Assembly: GCA_964422585.1 (NCBI GenBank)
Contig: CAYRBH010000002.1
Coordinates: 13,428 to 77,427 of the forward strand
DNA from: an uncultured Gammaproteobacteria bacterium
GTDB lineage: Bacteria > Patescibacteriota > Patescibacteriia > UBA1558 > 2-01-FULL-52-15
Direction of reading: 5' to 3'
DNA: 64,000 bases
Below the pieces are notes generated by a model. The model saw only the letters and a list, made by a program, of their open reading frames with translations, did not search any database and was not told the origin of the DNA. Positions 1-9,503 of the stretch are shown here, piece by piece (within the stretch, counting starts at the first letter, position 1; every line of letters starts with the position of its first letter). The translations under genes were made by a program, and so were the position numbers.

Positions 1-813
1 TCTGAAACCTATGCCGATGAGATCCTGCAACGAAATTTCGGTCAGGACCTGCATCGCATCTTACAGAACCGTAAAGAAAAACTCTTCGGCGTGGTTAACG
101 GCATCGACTATATTGAATTCGACCCCGGCCGTGATCCGCATCTATCCAAGCAGTATTCATCGACAAAAACGGAGCGCAAGCTGGTCAATAAAGAAGTCAT
201 ACAAAAACGGTACAAGCTCGACAACGACCCTTCCGCATGCGTCATCGTCATGACCTCGCGCATCGCTGAACAGAAAGGCTTCGATATACTACTTCCGATC
301 ATCCCCGCGCTCATGCACCTGCGCTTGCAAATGATCTTCATGGGCGATGGCGACAAAGACTATATCAAGCTTATTTCCAAATTGACGAGGCAGTATCCAA
401 AGCAGATAGCGCTTACCGGTTTCGATGACAACCGTACAGACGAGACTATGCTCTATGCTGGTGGCGACCTCTCTCTGTTCCCGTCCCGCTTCGAACCCTG
501 TGGTACGAATCAGCTCAAAAGCATGCGCTATGGCTGCATACCGGTCGCGCGGGAGATCGGCGGACTCTCGGATACAGTCACCGATGTCGACACCAAAGCA
601 CCAGAAAGCAACGGCTTCGTATTCACTGACTACGACTCATTTGCCTTTCTCACGGCCATCGCGAGGGCCTATGCGCATTTCCAGCATCCAATAAGCTGGA
701 AAGAGCTGGTCATGCGCGCGATGCAACAGTCGAACTCCTGGGAATTACCGGCGCGCACATACGTGGAGCTCTACAAAAAAGCATTGAAATTCAAGCATGA
801 TGCCAAAGTCTAA
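1..813 (+). CDS. Glycogen/starch synthase (GT5) C-terminal portion; 5' end lies outside the window
   Basis: Frame 1 is open from base 1. C-terminal GlgA-like motifs are present (PSRFEPCG, MRYG) and the fragment is paralogous to the full glgA at 4065..5516. Confidence 0.6.
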   Translation, partial: SETYADEILQRNFGQDLHRILQNRKEKLFGVVNGIDYIEFDPGRDPHLSKQYSSTKTERKLVNKEVIQKRYKLDNDPSACVIVMTSRIAEQKGFDILLPIIPALMHLRLQMIFMGDGDKDYIKLISKLTRQYPKQIALTGFDDNRTDETMLYAGGDLSLFPSRFEPCGTNQLKSMRYGCIPVAREIGGLSDTVTDVDTKAPESNGFVFTDYDSFAFLTAIARAYAHFQHPISWKELVMRAMQQSNSWELPARTYVELYKKALKFKHDAKV

Positions 814-1975
814 ACCTCGACTTACCTGGGTGAACTGTCTCCATATCTACCAACCGCCCTGGCAGCGCGAAGAAGTGGTACGATTAGTCACGAGAGAAAG
901 CTATGAGCTTATCATAGCGACTCTGAAAAAATTTCCTCATTGGAACCTAACTCTCAATATCTCAGGCACCCTACTCGATACCTTCGAGAAGCTTGGCTAT
1001 CAGACACTGCTGAAAGATATCGCTCTGCTGGTCAGACGAAAACAGATCGAGCTGACCGGTTCATCCCAGTATCATGCCTTCCTCCCCCAGCTGCCGGCGA
1101 GCGAGATAGTGCGGCAGATCGATCTCCAGGAGCAGACGCTCAAAAAATATTTCAAGAAGTATCGGCCAAAAGGATTTTTCGTTCCTGAACTTGCCTATAC
1201 CACACGTATCGGAAAGCTGCTGCGCGAGCGAGGCTATCACTGGATCATGCTTGACCCTATCAGCACTACGAGCAAGCCTGCTACCTCGACCCGTTACATT
1301 GAAAAAGCCACCGGACTTACCGTCGTCTTCAGGAATCGAGCGATTTCGAAAGGCTACCCGCCTGAATTGCTGTTCAAGTCTTTGAAAAAGAAGAGCGCTG
1401 CGGCTCGCACCGTTATTACCGCAACTGATGGCGAGCTCTATGGTCATTTCCATAAGGATTGGCAGGATCATCTGAAGCAGCTGCTTGAATCTGATACTAT
1501 CTCGACCGCTCGGGTGAGCGATTATATCGCGACCCTGGGAAAAAAAGAACTGATCAAACTACATGATGCCTCATGGGAAACAAAATCACATCAGCTGCAT
1601 GCCAAGAATCCCTTCAGTATCTGGTACAATAGACATAATCCCATACATCGAGACCTCTGGTCGCTGGCGCACTATGCGATACACTCGCTCAAGCATCATG
1701 TATCGGATCCGAACTATCGCTGGGCAAGGGAACATCTCGACCGCGGTCTCGCCTCTTGCGCCTGGTGGTGGGCGTCCGAGGTCAAAACATCGACATTCGG
1801 TTCGCTGGCCTGGAGTCCGGATGAGATAGAGCGTGGTGCCACCGAACTAATCAAAGCGGTCCGCTCCCTCACCACGATATCCTCTGCAAGCAAGATACGG
1901 GCTGAAAAACTATATAGCACCTTACTCGGACATATGTGGACTAAACATTGGAAATCCTATGGGGCGACAACATAA
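797..1975 (+). CDS. Glycoside hydrolase family 57-like alpha-glucan enzyme
   Basis: N-terminal LHIYQPP motif resembles the GH57 'HQP' signature. 392 aa, sits between glycogen synthase genes, and overlaps the upstream gene by 17 nt. Confidence 0.5.
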   Translation: MMPKSKPRLTWVNCLHIYQPPWQREEVVRLVTRESYELIIATLKKFPHWNLTLNISGTLLDTFEKLGYQTLLKDIALLVRRKQIELTGSSQYHAFLPQLPASEIVRQIDLQEQTLKKYFKKYRPKGFFVPELAYTTRIGKLLRERGYHWIMLDPISTTSKPATSTRYIEKATGLTVVFRNRAISKGYPPELLFKSLKKKSAAARTVITATDGELYGHFHKDWQDHLKQLLESDTISTARVSDYIATLGKKELIKLHDASWETKSHQLHAKNPFSIWYNRHNPIHRDLWSLAHYAIHSLKHHVSDPNYRWAREHLDRGLASCAWWWASEVKTSTFGSLAWSPDEIERGATELIKAVRSLTTISSASKIRAEKLYSTLLGHMWTKHWKSYGATT

Positions 1976-3053
1976 TATCGACAAGCTCATTGAGGCAAAT
2001 CCGGTCAATAGAGGGCTCGATTATACTTTTGTCGATCAACTGATGAGCGGCATTACCTTAGCTCATTTCCCAGAGTTCGCCTCGATTAGCAACCTGCGAC
2101 ATGTCAGCCACAAACGTCGCGTCGGCAAACATCATAGCACCTTCATCTATAGCTACTATATTTCCGGCATGACCAAAGACCGGACGCCGATACAGAAACA
2201 CCTAATCTACAGCTCGCACTCTGATGCGTCGCGACTCATCGCTTACAATAATATGCGACGCTTCGACGCTGCAGGCTTTAATGCTGATCATACCTATATG
2301 ACCATCGTGCCACTAGAGTTCGTGCCCGAAGTAAAAGCCCTTATCTATGAAGCGGCCCATGGCAAAACACTCTATGAGCACATGAAATCCCATACTGCGG
2401 CCGAACTCGAGCCCCTCCTGAAGCAAGTGGCTGCTTGGATACGGAAGTTCCATGCTTTTACCCTGCCAGCGAGTTCATTCGAAGCGCTGCCTCTCGCATC
2501 ATCAGCCAATATGAATTGGAAAGTCGACGAATTCCAGACCGAGGTGCAGAGAAAGAATGCGCAGCAAGGCGAAAAGTTGCGCTACTTCTCAGAGACCTTT
2601 TTCACACTTGAGAACAAAGTACATCAGAACATGACACCACAGCTGATTTATGGCGACCTGCACCCAGAGAATATCATCACCGAAACACTACACCCCGAGA
2701 CACTGACCCTGATCGATTTCACTGATGTCGCGCGCGGCGATCAAATGCGGGACATCGGGACCTTCCTTCAGCAAGTGCAATTCATGGGCTCACAATTCTA
2801 TGCGCAGCAAGACACTGAACATCTGAAAAAATTCTTCCTAGAACAGTATTTCCAGAAACCATTCGACTCGATCGATCAGGACCTTCTCGATCGCATTAAC
2901 CTCTACCAAGCGTGGAGTTCACTGCGAGGATTCGTGTACTTCTTCTTTCAGCCTGACTATCTCGAAAAATCCTATGGACTCCTCGAAGATGCCTGGCGCT
3001 ACCTCTACTTCGCGGGGCATAGCATGAGAACCCTGCACCTGAACTATACCTAG
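1959..3053 (+). CDS. Aminoglycoside/choline-kinase-family phosphotransferase (possible sugar kinase of the maltokinase type)
   Basis: Brenner-like motif YGDLHPENII and DFTD...D motif are typical of APH-fold kinases. Lies in the alpha-glucan gene neighbourhood. Confidence 0.45.
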   Translation: MGRQHNIDKLIEANPVNRGLDYTFVDQLMSGITLAHFPEFASISNLRHVSHKRRVGKHHSTFIYSYYISGMTKDRTPIQKHLIYSSHSDASRLIAYNNMRRFDAAGFNADHTYMTIVPLEFVPEVKALIYEAAHGKTLYEHMKSHTAAELEPLLKQVAAWIRKFHAFTLPASSFEALPLASSANMNWKVDEFQTEVQRKNAQQGEKLRYFSETFFTLENKVHQNMTPQLIYGDLHPENIITETLHPETLTLIDFTDVARGDQMRDIGTFLQQVQFMGSQFYAQQDTEHLKKFFLEQYFQKPFDSIDQDLLDRINLYQAWSSLRGFVYFFFQPDYLEKSYGLLEDAWRYLYFAGHSMRTLHLNYT

Positions 3054-3089
3054 TACATAGACGCTCCCATTCTGTGGTACAATGGATGT

Positions 3090-3956
3090 ATGCAAAAATC
3101 CATTGACCTCCAAATGCACTCCCATTACTCGGACGGCTCCAAGAGCCCGACCGAGCTTATTGATATCCTCGTGTCAAAAAAAATAGTCGTTGCCGCTCTG
3201 ACCGATCACAATACGATACATGGCCAGTATGAATTCCAGGCTGCCGCGAAGAAGAAGAATATCAAGACCATCAATGCCGTGGAGCTCTACATAGAGTACA
3301 AACAGCGCAAACTGCACCTCTTAGGTTACAATATTGACATCAATAACTCTGAGCTACATGATGAGCTACGTGAGACTCAGATCAGGCGCAAGAAGCTCAT
3401 CGAGGGACTGGTACCGAAACTCAAGCGCGTAGGGATCACCTTGAATATCAGCGAGCTATTCGCGCAGCCAGCGACCTATATCGGCATCGCGAACGTTGTC
3501 CGCACGATCGAACGTGATGAAAAAAATCGCCAGGCACTACAGAAAGCCCTGAAAAAGAAGCAGTATGACTTCTTCGAGGTCTATAATCGCTTCTTCTCGA
3601 AAAATGCTCCGTGTCACTTACCTGAAGTATCGCTACCAGCGAAAGAGGCCTTCATGCTTATCAAAAAAGCCGGAGGCACACCGATACTGTCGCATCCAGG
3701 CTGGCAACTCTCATTCCACGATGATCATGTGATCGCAGAGCTTACCAAGCTCGGCATGAAGGGAATCGAATGCTTCAGCTCACACCATAACTGGGATCAG
3801 ACCGCGCATTACCTAAGCCTCGCCCGACAGCAAAAGCTCATCATTACCGGCGGTTCTGACTATCACGGCGATTTGCCTGGTGACTTCATCATTGAGAATT
3901 ATCACGAGTATACCTCGCTGCCGTACGAAATCTACGAAAATATAAAAGTGTTTTAA
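3090..3956 (+). CDS. PHP-domain metal-dependent phosphoesterase (TrpH/YciV-like)
   Basis: N-terminal HSHYSDGS...LTDHNTIHG matches the PHP-domain histidine motifs. 288 aa. Confidence 0.6.
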   Translation: MQKSIDLQMHSHYSDGSKSPTELIDILVSKKIVVAALTDHNTIHGQYEFQAAAKKKNIKTINAVELYIEYKQRKLHLLGYNIDINNSELHDELRETQIRRKKLIEGLVPKLKRVGITLNISELFAQPATYIGIANVVRTIERDEKNRQALQKALKKKQYDFFEVYNRFFSKNAPCHLPEVSLPAKEAFMLIKKAGGTPILSHPGWQLSFHDDHVIAELTKLGMKGIECFSSHHNWDQTAHYLSLARQQKLIITGGSDYHGDLPGDFIIENYHEYTSLPYEIYENIKVF

Positions 3957-4064
3957 GATTCACGATTGACAGCAGGCTGACTCATGAACCACATGGGCCG
4001 ACTGCTTTTTAAAATGAAAAATATGCCTCGCGCTTATCATTTTTATGGTACTATATAAAGCAGT

Positions 4065-5516
4065 ATGCCAAGGAAAAAACTCTCTATCGTCTTTACCGCT
4101 GCTGAGTGCGCGCCTTTTGCCAAAGTCGGAGGACTTGGCGATGTCATAGGCTCACTACCGCAAGCGTTGGCTGAACGAGGTTGTACTGTAACGGTTATCA
4201 TACCCCTCTATGGGAGTATTGATCGTACAAGATACCGGTTAACAAAATTCGGCGCTCTTACGTTTGAACATAACAAACGCACGGAACGCTGTGTGGTCTG
4301 GAGAGCACAGCTCCGTGGCAACCCAGTCACGTACTTGTTCATCGAGCATCCTCTCTTCAAGGCAAAAGAAATATATCGAGCTGGCAGCGTTGTCACAAGC
4401 GGCATTGACCCTGATATTGATAAATTCGGATTCTATAGTAAGGCGGCTGTCGAAGCAATACAGCAACTGCCTGTCGCCGCCGATATCATCCACTGTCATG
4501 ATTGGCATGCAGGGCTCGTCCCGACTTTTGTCGATCAATTAGCGGTGACCAAAAACTACCCTTTCACGAAGACAGTCTACACCATCCATAATCTAGGCAA
4601 TCAGGGCATTACACCGCGCTCTGAGATCAGGAGGCTCACGCTAGCGCTGTCGGAGCCGGCAGTGCTAGAAGATTACTATGATCTGGATGAAGAAAAACTG
4701 AATCTCATGAAGATAGGCATCTTGACCGCTGATCGGATCTCTACCGTGAGCGAGACCTATGCGAAGGAAATACTTACACCAGAATACGGTGGCGGACTTG
4801 AATCATTCTTATCGCGGAGAAAAAAAGATCTCTCTGGTATCGTCAATGGCATCGATACGAAACTCTTTGACCCAGCGAAGGATGCCTTTCTCATAAAGAG
4901 ATACTCTCTGAAGACATGGAAACAGGGAAAGCAGAAGAACAAACAAGCAGTGCAGCGCAGCTTGGGTCTGCCGCGATCTGGCGCTCCGCTCTATGGATTA
5001 GTGAGCCGACTCGTTGCTCAAAAAGGCTTGGATATTCTAGTGCAATCACTCGAAACGTTTCTACGGAATGATGTTCAAGTGGCGATCTTGGGTACTGGTG
5101 AAAAAAAATTGGAGTTGCAGCTCGTCGAGCTCGCCAAGCGGTTCCCGGAGAAGCTGCATGCAACCATTGGTTTTGACCTGCGACAAGCGCAGCAAATCTA
5201 TGCTGGTTCTGACGTGTTCCTGATGCCATCACGTTTCGAGCCCTGCGGCCTGGGACAGCTCATTGCTATGCGCTACGGGACTCTTCCTCTAGTCAGAGCG
5301 ACCGGAGGGTTACAGGATACCGTGCAGCACCTGAGAACCGGGATCGTATTCAGTGAATATTCCGCCCAAAAATTATCAACGGCGCTTGAGCAAAGCTTAG
5401 CGCTGTATGGCAAGCCAAAATCTTGGTATACTATGGTAGAACGATGTATGAAGCAAGATTTCTCTTGGGCATCATCGGCGAAAAAATATATCGCACTCTA
5501 TAGAAGACTTATCTAG
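4065..5516 (+). CDS. glgA: Glycogen (starch) synthase
   Basis: KVGGLGDV motif at the N-terminus and C-terminal PSRFEPCGL...MRYG motifs. 483 aa. Confidence 0.85.
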   Translation: MPRKKLSIVFTAAECAPFAKVGGLGDVIGSLPQALAERGCTVTVIIPLYGSIDRTRYRLTKFGALTFEHNKRTERCVVWRAQLRGNPVTYLFIEHPLFKAKEIYRAGSVVTSGIDPDIDKFGFYSKAAVEAIQQLPVAADIIHCHDWHAGLVPTFVDQLAVTKNYPFTKTVYTIHNLGNQGITPRSEIRRLTLALSEPAVLEDYYDLDEEKLNLMKIGILTADRISTVSETYAKEILTPEYGGGLESFLSRRKKDLSGIVNGIDTKLFDPAKDAFLIKRYSLKTWKQGKQKNKQAVQRSLGLPRSGAPLYGLVSRLVAQKGLDILVQSLETFLRNDVQVAILGTGEKKLELQLVELAKRFPEKLHATIGFDLRQAQQIYAGSDVFLMPSRFEPCGLGQLIAMRYGTLPLVRATGGLQDTVQHLRTGIVFSEYSAQKLSTALEQSLALYGKPKSWYTMVERCMKQDFSWASSAKKYIALYRRLI

Positions 5517-5535
5517 CATTCTTTTTTCGAACACT

Positions 5536-6465
5536 ATGCTGAAAAAACCAGAACTCCGCAAAGACTATGTGCAGGAAAAGTATGTGATCATAGCGCCCTT
5601 GCGATCGAAGCGTCCTAATGTGTTCAAAAAGCCTCATATGGCGGTACGCGAACACTTATCGCTGCCGACCGTCTTTACTCCACAGTCGCTCAAGAAAGAG
5701 AAGGCCCTGCTCACTATCGGTCATGGTCTTAAATGGCAGATAAAGGTCTTGAAGAATAAGTACCCTATCGTTGACCCAAGCTACCCGAAGGCCTACGGCT
5801 ACCATGAGGTAGTGGTCGAGACTCCGGACCCGCGACCAGAACTGGAAGATCTTCCCATTCCTCATATCGCCAAAATTCTCGAGGTCTATGCCACGCGGAC
5901 CGAGGCGATCACTCGTGATCCTCGTATCAAGTATGTCCTGATCTTCAAAAATAATGGTGGTAATGCCGGCGCTTCGCTGCAGCATGCACATTCTCAGATC
6001 TTCGCCACCGAATTCCTGCCATCGCATCTGTTCGATAAATCACAAAAACAGCAGGAGTATAAGTTGAAAACCGGCCGCTGCGTGTACTGCGATGTCATCA
6101 AAAAGGAAAAAGACGGGCCACGCAGGATCTTCGTCGACAAGCATATCATCGCTTTCTGTCCCTATGCCTCACAGTATAACTATGAGGTTTGGATGATGCC
6201 TCGACGCCACATCGATAATATCACTGACCTGAATGAAGTGGAGCGCACTGATTGGGCCCGCATACTCAAAAAAGTTACTAAAAAAATCAGCAGGTTGAAC
6301 TTACCGTATAATTTCTATTTCCATCAAGTCGTGAAAGATGAAGACCAGCATCTCTACCTGAAGATCGTGCCCCGCGGCAGCGCGTGGGCGGGCGTCGAGA
6401 TAGGCTCAGGACTCATTATCAATCCGATACCACCAGAGGACGCTGCCAAGTATTATCGGCAATGA
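5536..6465 (+). CDS. Galactose-1-phosphate uridylyltransferase-family (HIT superfamily) nucleotidyltransferase
   Basis: HxHxQ active-site motif (LQHAHSQIF) and a CxxC zinc motif (CVYCD). 309 aa. Confidence 0.6.
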   Translation: MLKKPELRKDYVQEKYVIIAPLRSKRPNVFKKPHMAVREHLSLPTVFTPQSLKKEKALLTIGHGLKWQIKVLKNKYPIVDPSYPKAYGYHEVVVETPDPRPELEDLPIPHIAKILEVYATRTEAITRDPRIKYVLIFKNNGGNAGASLQHAHSQIFATEFLPSHLFDKSQKQQEYKLKTGRCVYCDVIKKEKDGPRRIFVDKHIIAFCPYASQYNYEVWMMPRRHIDNITDLNEVERTDWARILKKVTKKISRLNLPYNFYFHQVVKDEDQHLYLKIVPRGSAWAGVEIGSGLIINPIPPEDAAKYYRQ

Positions 6466-6466
6466 C

Positions 6467-7219
6467 ATGAAACTACGGGCATTCACGCTTATAGAGCTTG
6501 TCATAGTGATGACGATACTGATGGTCATAATAGCCATCGGCATCGTAAGCTATGATACTGCGATAGCAAAAACTGATATCACCCATGGCAAAAGTGATAT
6601 GGCTGAGATAGCCAAGGCTGTCCTCGTTGCACAATACAAAAGCGGCTTATCTCTACGGGATATGATGCACAATGCTACCGGCGGCGCAGACGGTTGCTAC
6701 ACCACACAAGGATGCTATAAATCCTACCGAACGCAAAATGGGTTATCACTTGATCTACGCAATATACCCAACACCGACCCTTGCTACACTCAGTGGGCTA
6801 CGGCATTACAGGCCATAAAAAATAATACCGGCGGACAGCTGTCCTATGATACGAATGCCTTGCAGCGTGATCCCTGGGGCAGTCCCTACATTTTGCGCAT
6901 TAACGATGGTTGCACAACCTATATCACCGACCGCAATCAATGTTCTGCTCCAACCTATACTTGCCTCCCTGGGCTCCCCTATCAAGCATGTTGTCAGAAC
7001 GACGGCCTTATTTCTGTCGGCCCTGATGGTCTTGAGGGTACGGCGGACGACTTTTCTTTTGGCACAACACCCCTCCCGCATATATCGGTAGGCTTTGATG
7101 GCGTCGCAAACAATGCTGACGACGATCTCGGTGGACTTATACCGCGAGCGTATACGGGTAAATGCGCCTTCAACCAAGACGCCAGCCATGGAGGAGCAGC
7201 CTACTGTGACGGAGACTAA
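6467..7219 (+). CDS. Type IV pilin / pseudopilin-like protein with a Cys-rich C-terminal domain
   Basis: N-terminus MKLRAFTLIELVIVMTIL is a class III prepilin-peptidase signal with conserved Glu5. The C-terminal ~180 aa contain about 11 Cys. Confidence 0.6.
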   Translation: MKLRAFTLIELVIVMTILMVIIAIGIVSYDTAIAKTDITHGKSDMAEIAKAVLVAQYKSGLSLRDMMHNATGGADGCYTTQGCYKSYRTQNGLSLDLRNIPNTDPCYTQWATALQAIKNNTGGQLSYDTNALQRDPWGSPYILRINDGCTTYITDRNQCSAPTYTCLPGLPYQACCQNDGLISVGPDGLEGTADDFSFGTTPLPHISVGFDGVANNADDDLGGLIPRAYTGKCAFNQDASHGGAAYCDGD

Positions 7220-7221
7220 AC

Positions 7222-8256
7222 TTACTGCTTCTGCTGCTGCGGGAAGAGCTTAACTACTTCCTGGTACACCAATCCTGAAACATCAGAAATAGTCGTTGCC
7301 ATCTGATCATAGTCGACTCCCTTCGTCATGACACATAAGAAATAAGGATGATCAGGATAGTATACGATGCCACAATCATGCAGCTCCCGATCCGTGACAG
7401 CGCCAGTACTCCCCGTCACAGTATGCTTACCGAATTTATGCGCGACGATCAGGGGCGCGCCAAGACCTTTCACGATACCGTCCGCGAAGGTGGCCTGCGT
7501 CAGTACATGCAATGCGCGTTGTGACATTTCTTTATCCAAATACGTCGCGTTATAGAGCACTCTGAAAAATGTTGAGTAGTTCTTCGCTGACATCTGATCC
7601 GGTTCGGTCGGATCTTGTCCGGTACCGAAAGGAACGCCTAGGTCGCTGTATACCTCCTTCAAAGAATTCGGGTCAATACTATTCGCGAGCAGATATAGTG
7701 CTACATTATCTGATTTTGTGATCATCTGCTCGATTAACTCCTCAATAGTATACTCTTTATTCTCAGTCAACAGATCCGGGGCGTCAAGATTGATCAATGA
7801 GCGCATAGCCGGAGTGATGGCATAGGTGACTTTTTTGGTAAGTATGTCAGGACTGGCCTCTGCCTCCTTATAGTAGGCTATCATGATTGGGACTTTCAAC
7901 AGGCTCGCTGGGGTATACTTTTCATTCTCATTCACCCCGACCCAGCGCCCGCTATTCATGGTGCGAAAATACACTGAAATCGAAGTAGCTTGGTTCGTGC
8001 TTACTTTCCGATCCACAAGGGCCTGGATGACCTTCTCAATAGGAGCGAACTCGGTGAATTCTTTCTGATCAGGGATATCACAACTCAGGAGCGGATTCAC
8101 CAAGTTATCATAGCCCTCTCTCTGTACTTGCATGCGTTCGTTTGCTGGGACGGTTGCTGGCAATGCGCTTCGCGCAGCCCAACCACCATAAAAGGAGGTC
8201 GCGAGGGCGGCAAGAACGAGTACAGAGAGTACCGCTCGGTTTCTGAGTATAGCCAT
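7222..8256 (-). CDS. Class A beta-lactamase-related serine hydrolase, membrane-anchored
   Basis: SxxK (ASLLK) and SDN (KSDNVA) motifs and a KxG-like element. N-terminal hydrophobic segment. Confidence 0.5.
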   Translation of the reverse strand: MAILRNRAVLSVLVLAALATSFYGGWAARSALPATVPANERMQVQREGYDNLVNPLLSCDIPDQKEFTEFAPIEKVIQALVDRKVSTNQATSISVYFRTMNSGRWVGVNENEKYTPASLLKVPIMIAYYKEAEASPDILTKKVTYAITPAMRSLINLDAPDLLTENKEYTIEELIEQMITKSDNVALYLLANSIDPNSLKEVYSDLGVPFGTGQDPTEPDQMSAKNYSTFFRVLYNATYLDKEMSQRALHVLTQATFADGIVKGLGAPLIVAHKFGKHTVTGSTGAVTDRELHDCGIVYYPDHPYFLCVMTKGVDYDQMATTISDVSGLVYQEVVKLFPQQQKQ

Positions 8257-9503
8257 TATGTGATCTTTACAAATTTCCTCTTGCCAACTTGCACAACATC
8301 ACCTTTTTGGAGAGCAATCATTACGTTAGGGTTACGAGTTAGCTGGTCCCCATTAATTCTGACTGCGCCCTGTTCAACCATACGACGAGCCTCAGACTTT
8401 GATGAGCACAGTTTGAGCTTAACAAGAATACTCAATATCCCCTCGTCCGTTAGTGTCGTGGGAACTTCTCTGATGCCCGTTGGGATTTGCTTCTTTGTAA
8501 ACTGCTTTACGAATTCGTACTCTGCTTGGATGGCCTCCTTTGCAGAGTGAAATCTCGTAACTATCATTCGAGCAAGCTCAGCTTTGGCATCACGTGGGTT
8601 CAGCTTGCCAAACTGCATCTGCTTCTGACGATCCTGAATGGCGGCCATCGGCATTGTGGTGATCAACTCTAATGCAGGCAGAATCATCGCATCGGTCCAT
8701 GACATAATTTTGCCGAACATTTCCTTGGGAGAATCAACAAGCGTCACCATATTCCCTTCTGTCTTCCCCATCTTCTTACCCGTTGCATCTTCCAGGAGCT
8801 TTGTGGCTATGACGAATTTTTCCTTATTTTTGTACTTCATCATTAGATCGCGACCGGTCAACATATTGAATGTCTGATCATTACCGCCTACTTCACCATC
8901 GACATTTATTGCAACTGAATCGTAGCCTTGCATCAGGGGATAGAGAAATTCGTGCATCAAGAGCGGTTTGCCTGATTTCATCCTTCTGTCGAATAGATCT
9001 CTCGCGAGCATTCGCTGTACGCTTTCTTTCGAAGCAAGCATCAATATATCCTCGAGTTTTAATTTCGAGAGCCAGGTGCTATTGAATTGGTACTCAGCCG
9101 CGTTCGGACCCGTGAATTTCAAAATAGTTGCTGCTTGTTTTTTGTAGTTCTTACAGTTGGCAAGGATTTCCTTCCTCGTAAGAATTTTCCGCGCTTCGGT
9201 CTTGTCCGGATCACCGGCAATTGCTGTAAAATCACCGATGAGAAGAATAACCTTGTGGCCAAGTGCCTGGAACTGGGCCAATTTCATAAGTGGAATAGCG
9301 TGCCCCAGGTGAAGCGCAGGCCCTGTCGGATCAATACCAAGGTACAAAGTCAGCTGCTTACCACTCTTCAACATCTTTTCCAGATAGTCGTGTGATGGAT
9401 ATATATTCTCGACACTTCGTGTCAGCAGCTCTTGTATCTTTTTTGGATTTGTATCAATCTTCATACTCCTTATAATTATAGCGCACCTTTGGTATAATGA
9501 CAT
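8256..9503 (-). CDS. tyrS: Tyrosine--tRNA ligase
   Basis: Class I HIGH variant (HLGH), KMSKS variant (KMGKT) and a C-terminal S4-like domain. 415 aa. Confidence 0.9.
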   Translation of the reverse strand: MSLYQRCAIIIRSMKIDTNPKKIQELLTRSVENIYPSHDYLEKMLKSGKQLTLYLGIDPTGPALHLGHAIPLMKLAQFQALGHKVILLIGDFTAIAGDPDKTEARKILTRKEILANCKNYKKQAATILKFTGPNAAEYQFNSTWLSKLKLEDILMLASKESVQRMLARDLFDRRMKSGKPLLMHEFLYPLMQGYDSVAINVDGEVGGNDQTFNMLTGRDLMMKYKNKEKFVIATKLLEDATGKKMGKTEGNMVTLVDSPKEMFGKIMSWTDAMILPALELITTMPMAAIQDRQKQMQFGKLNPRDAKAELARMIVTRFHSAKEAIQAEYEFVKQFTKKQIPTGIREVPTTLTDEGILSILVKLKLCSSKSEARRMVEQGAVRINGDQLTRNPNVMIALQKGDVVQVGKRKFVKIT

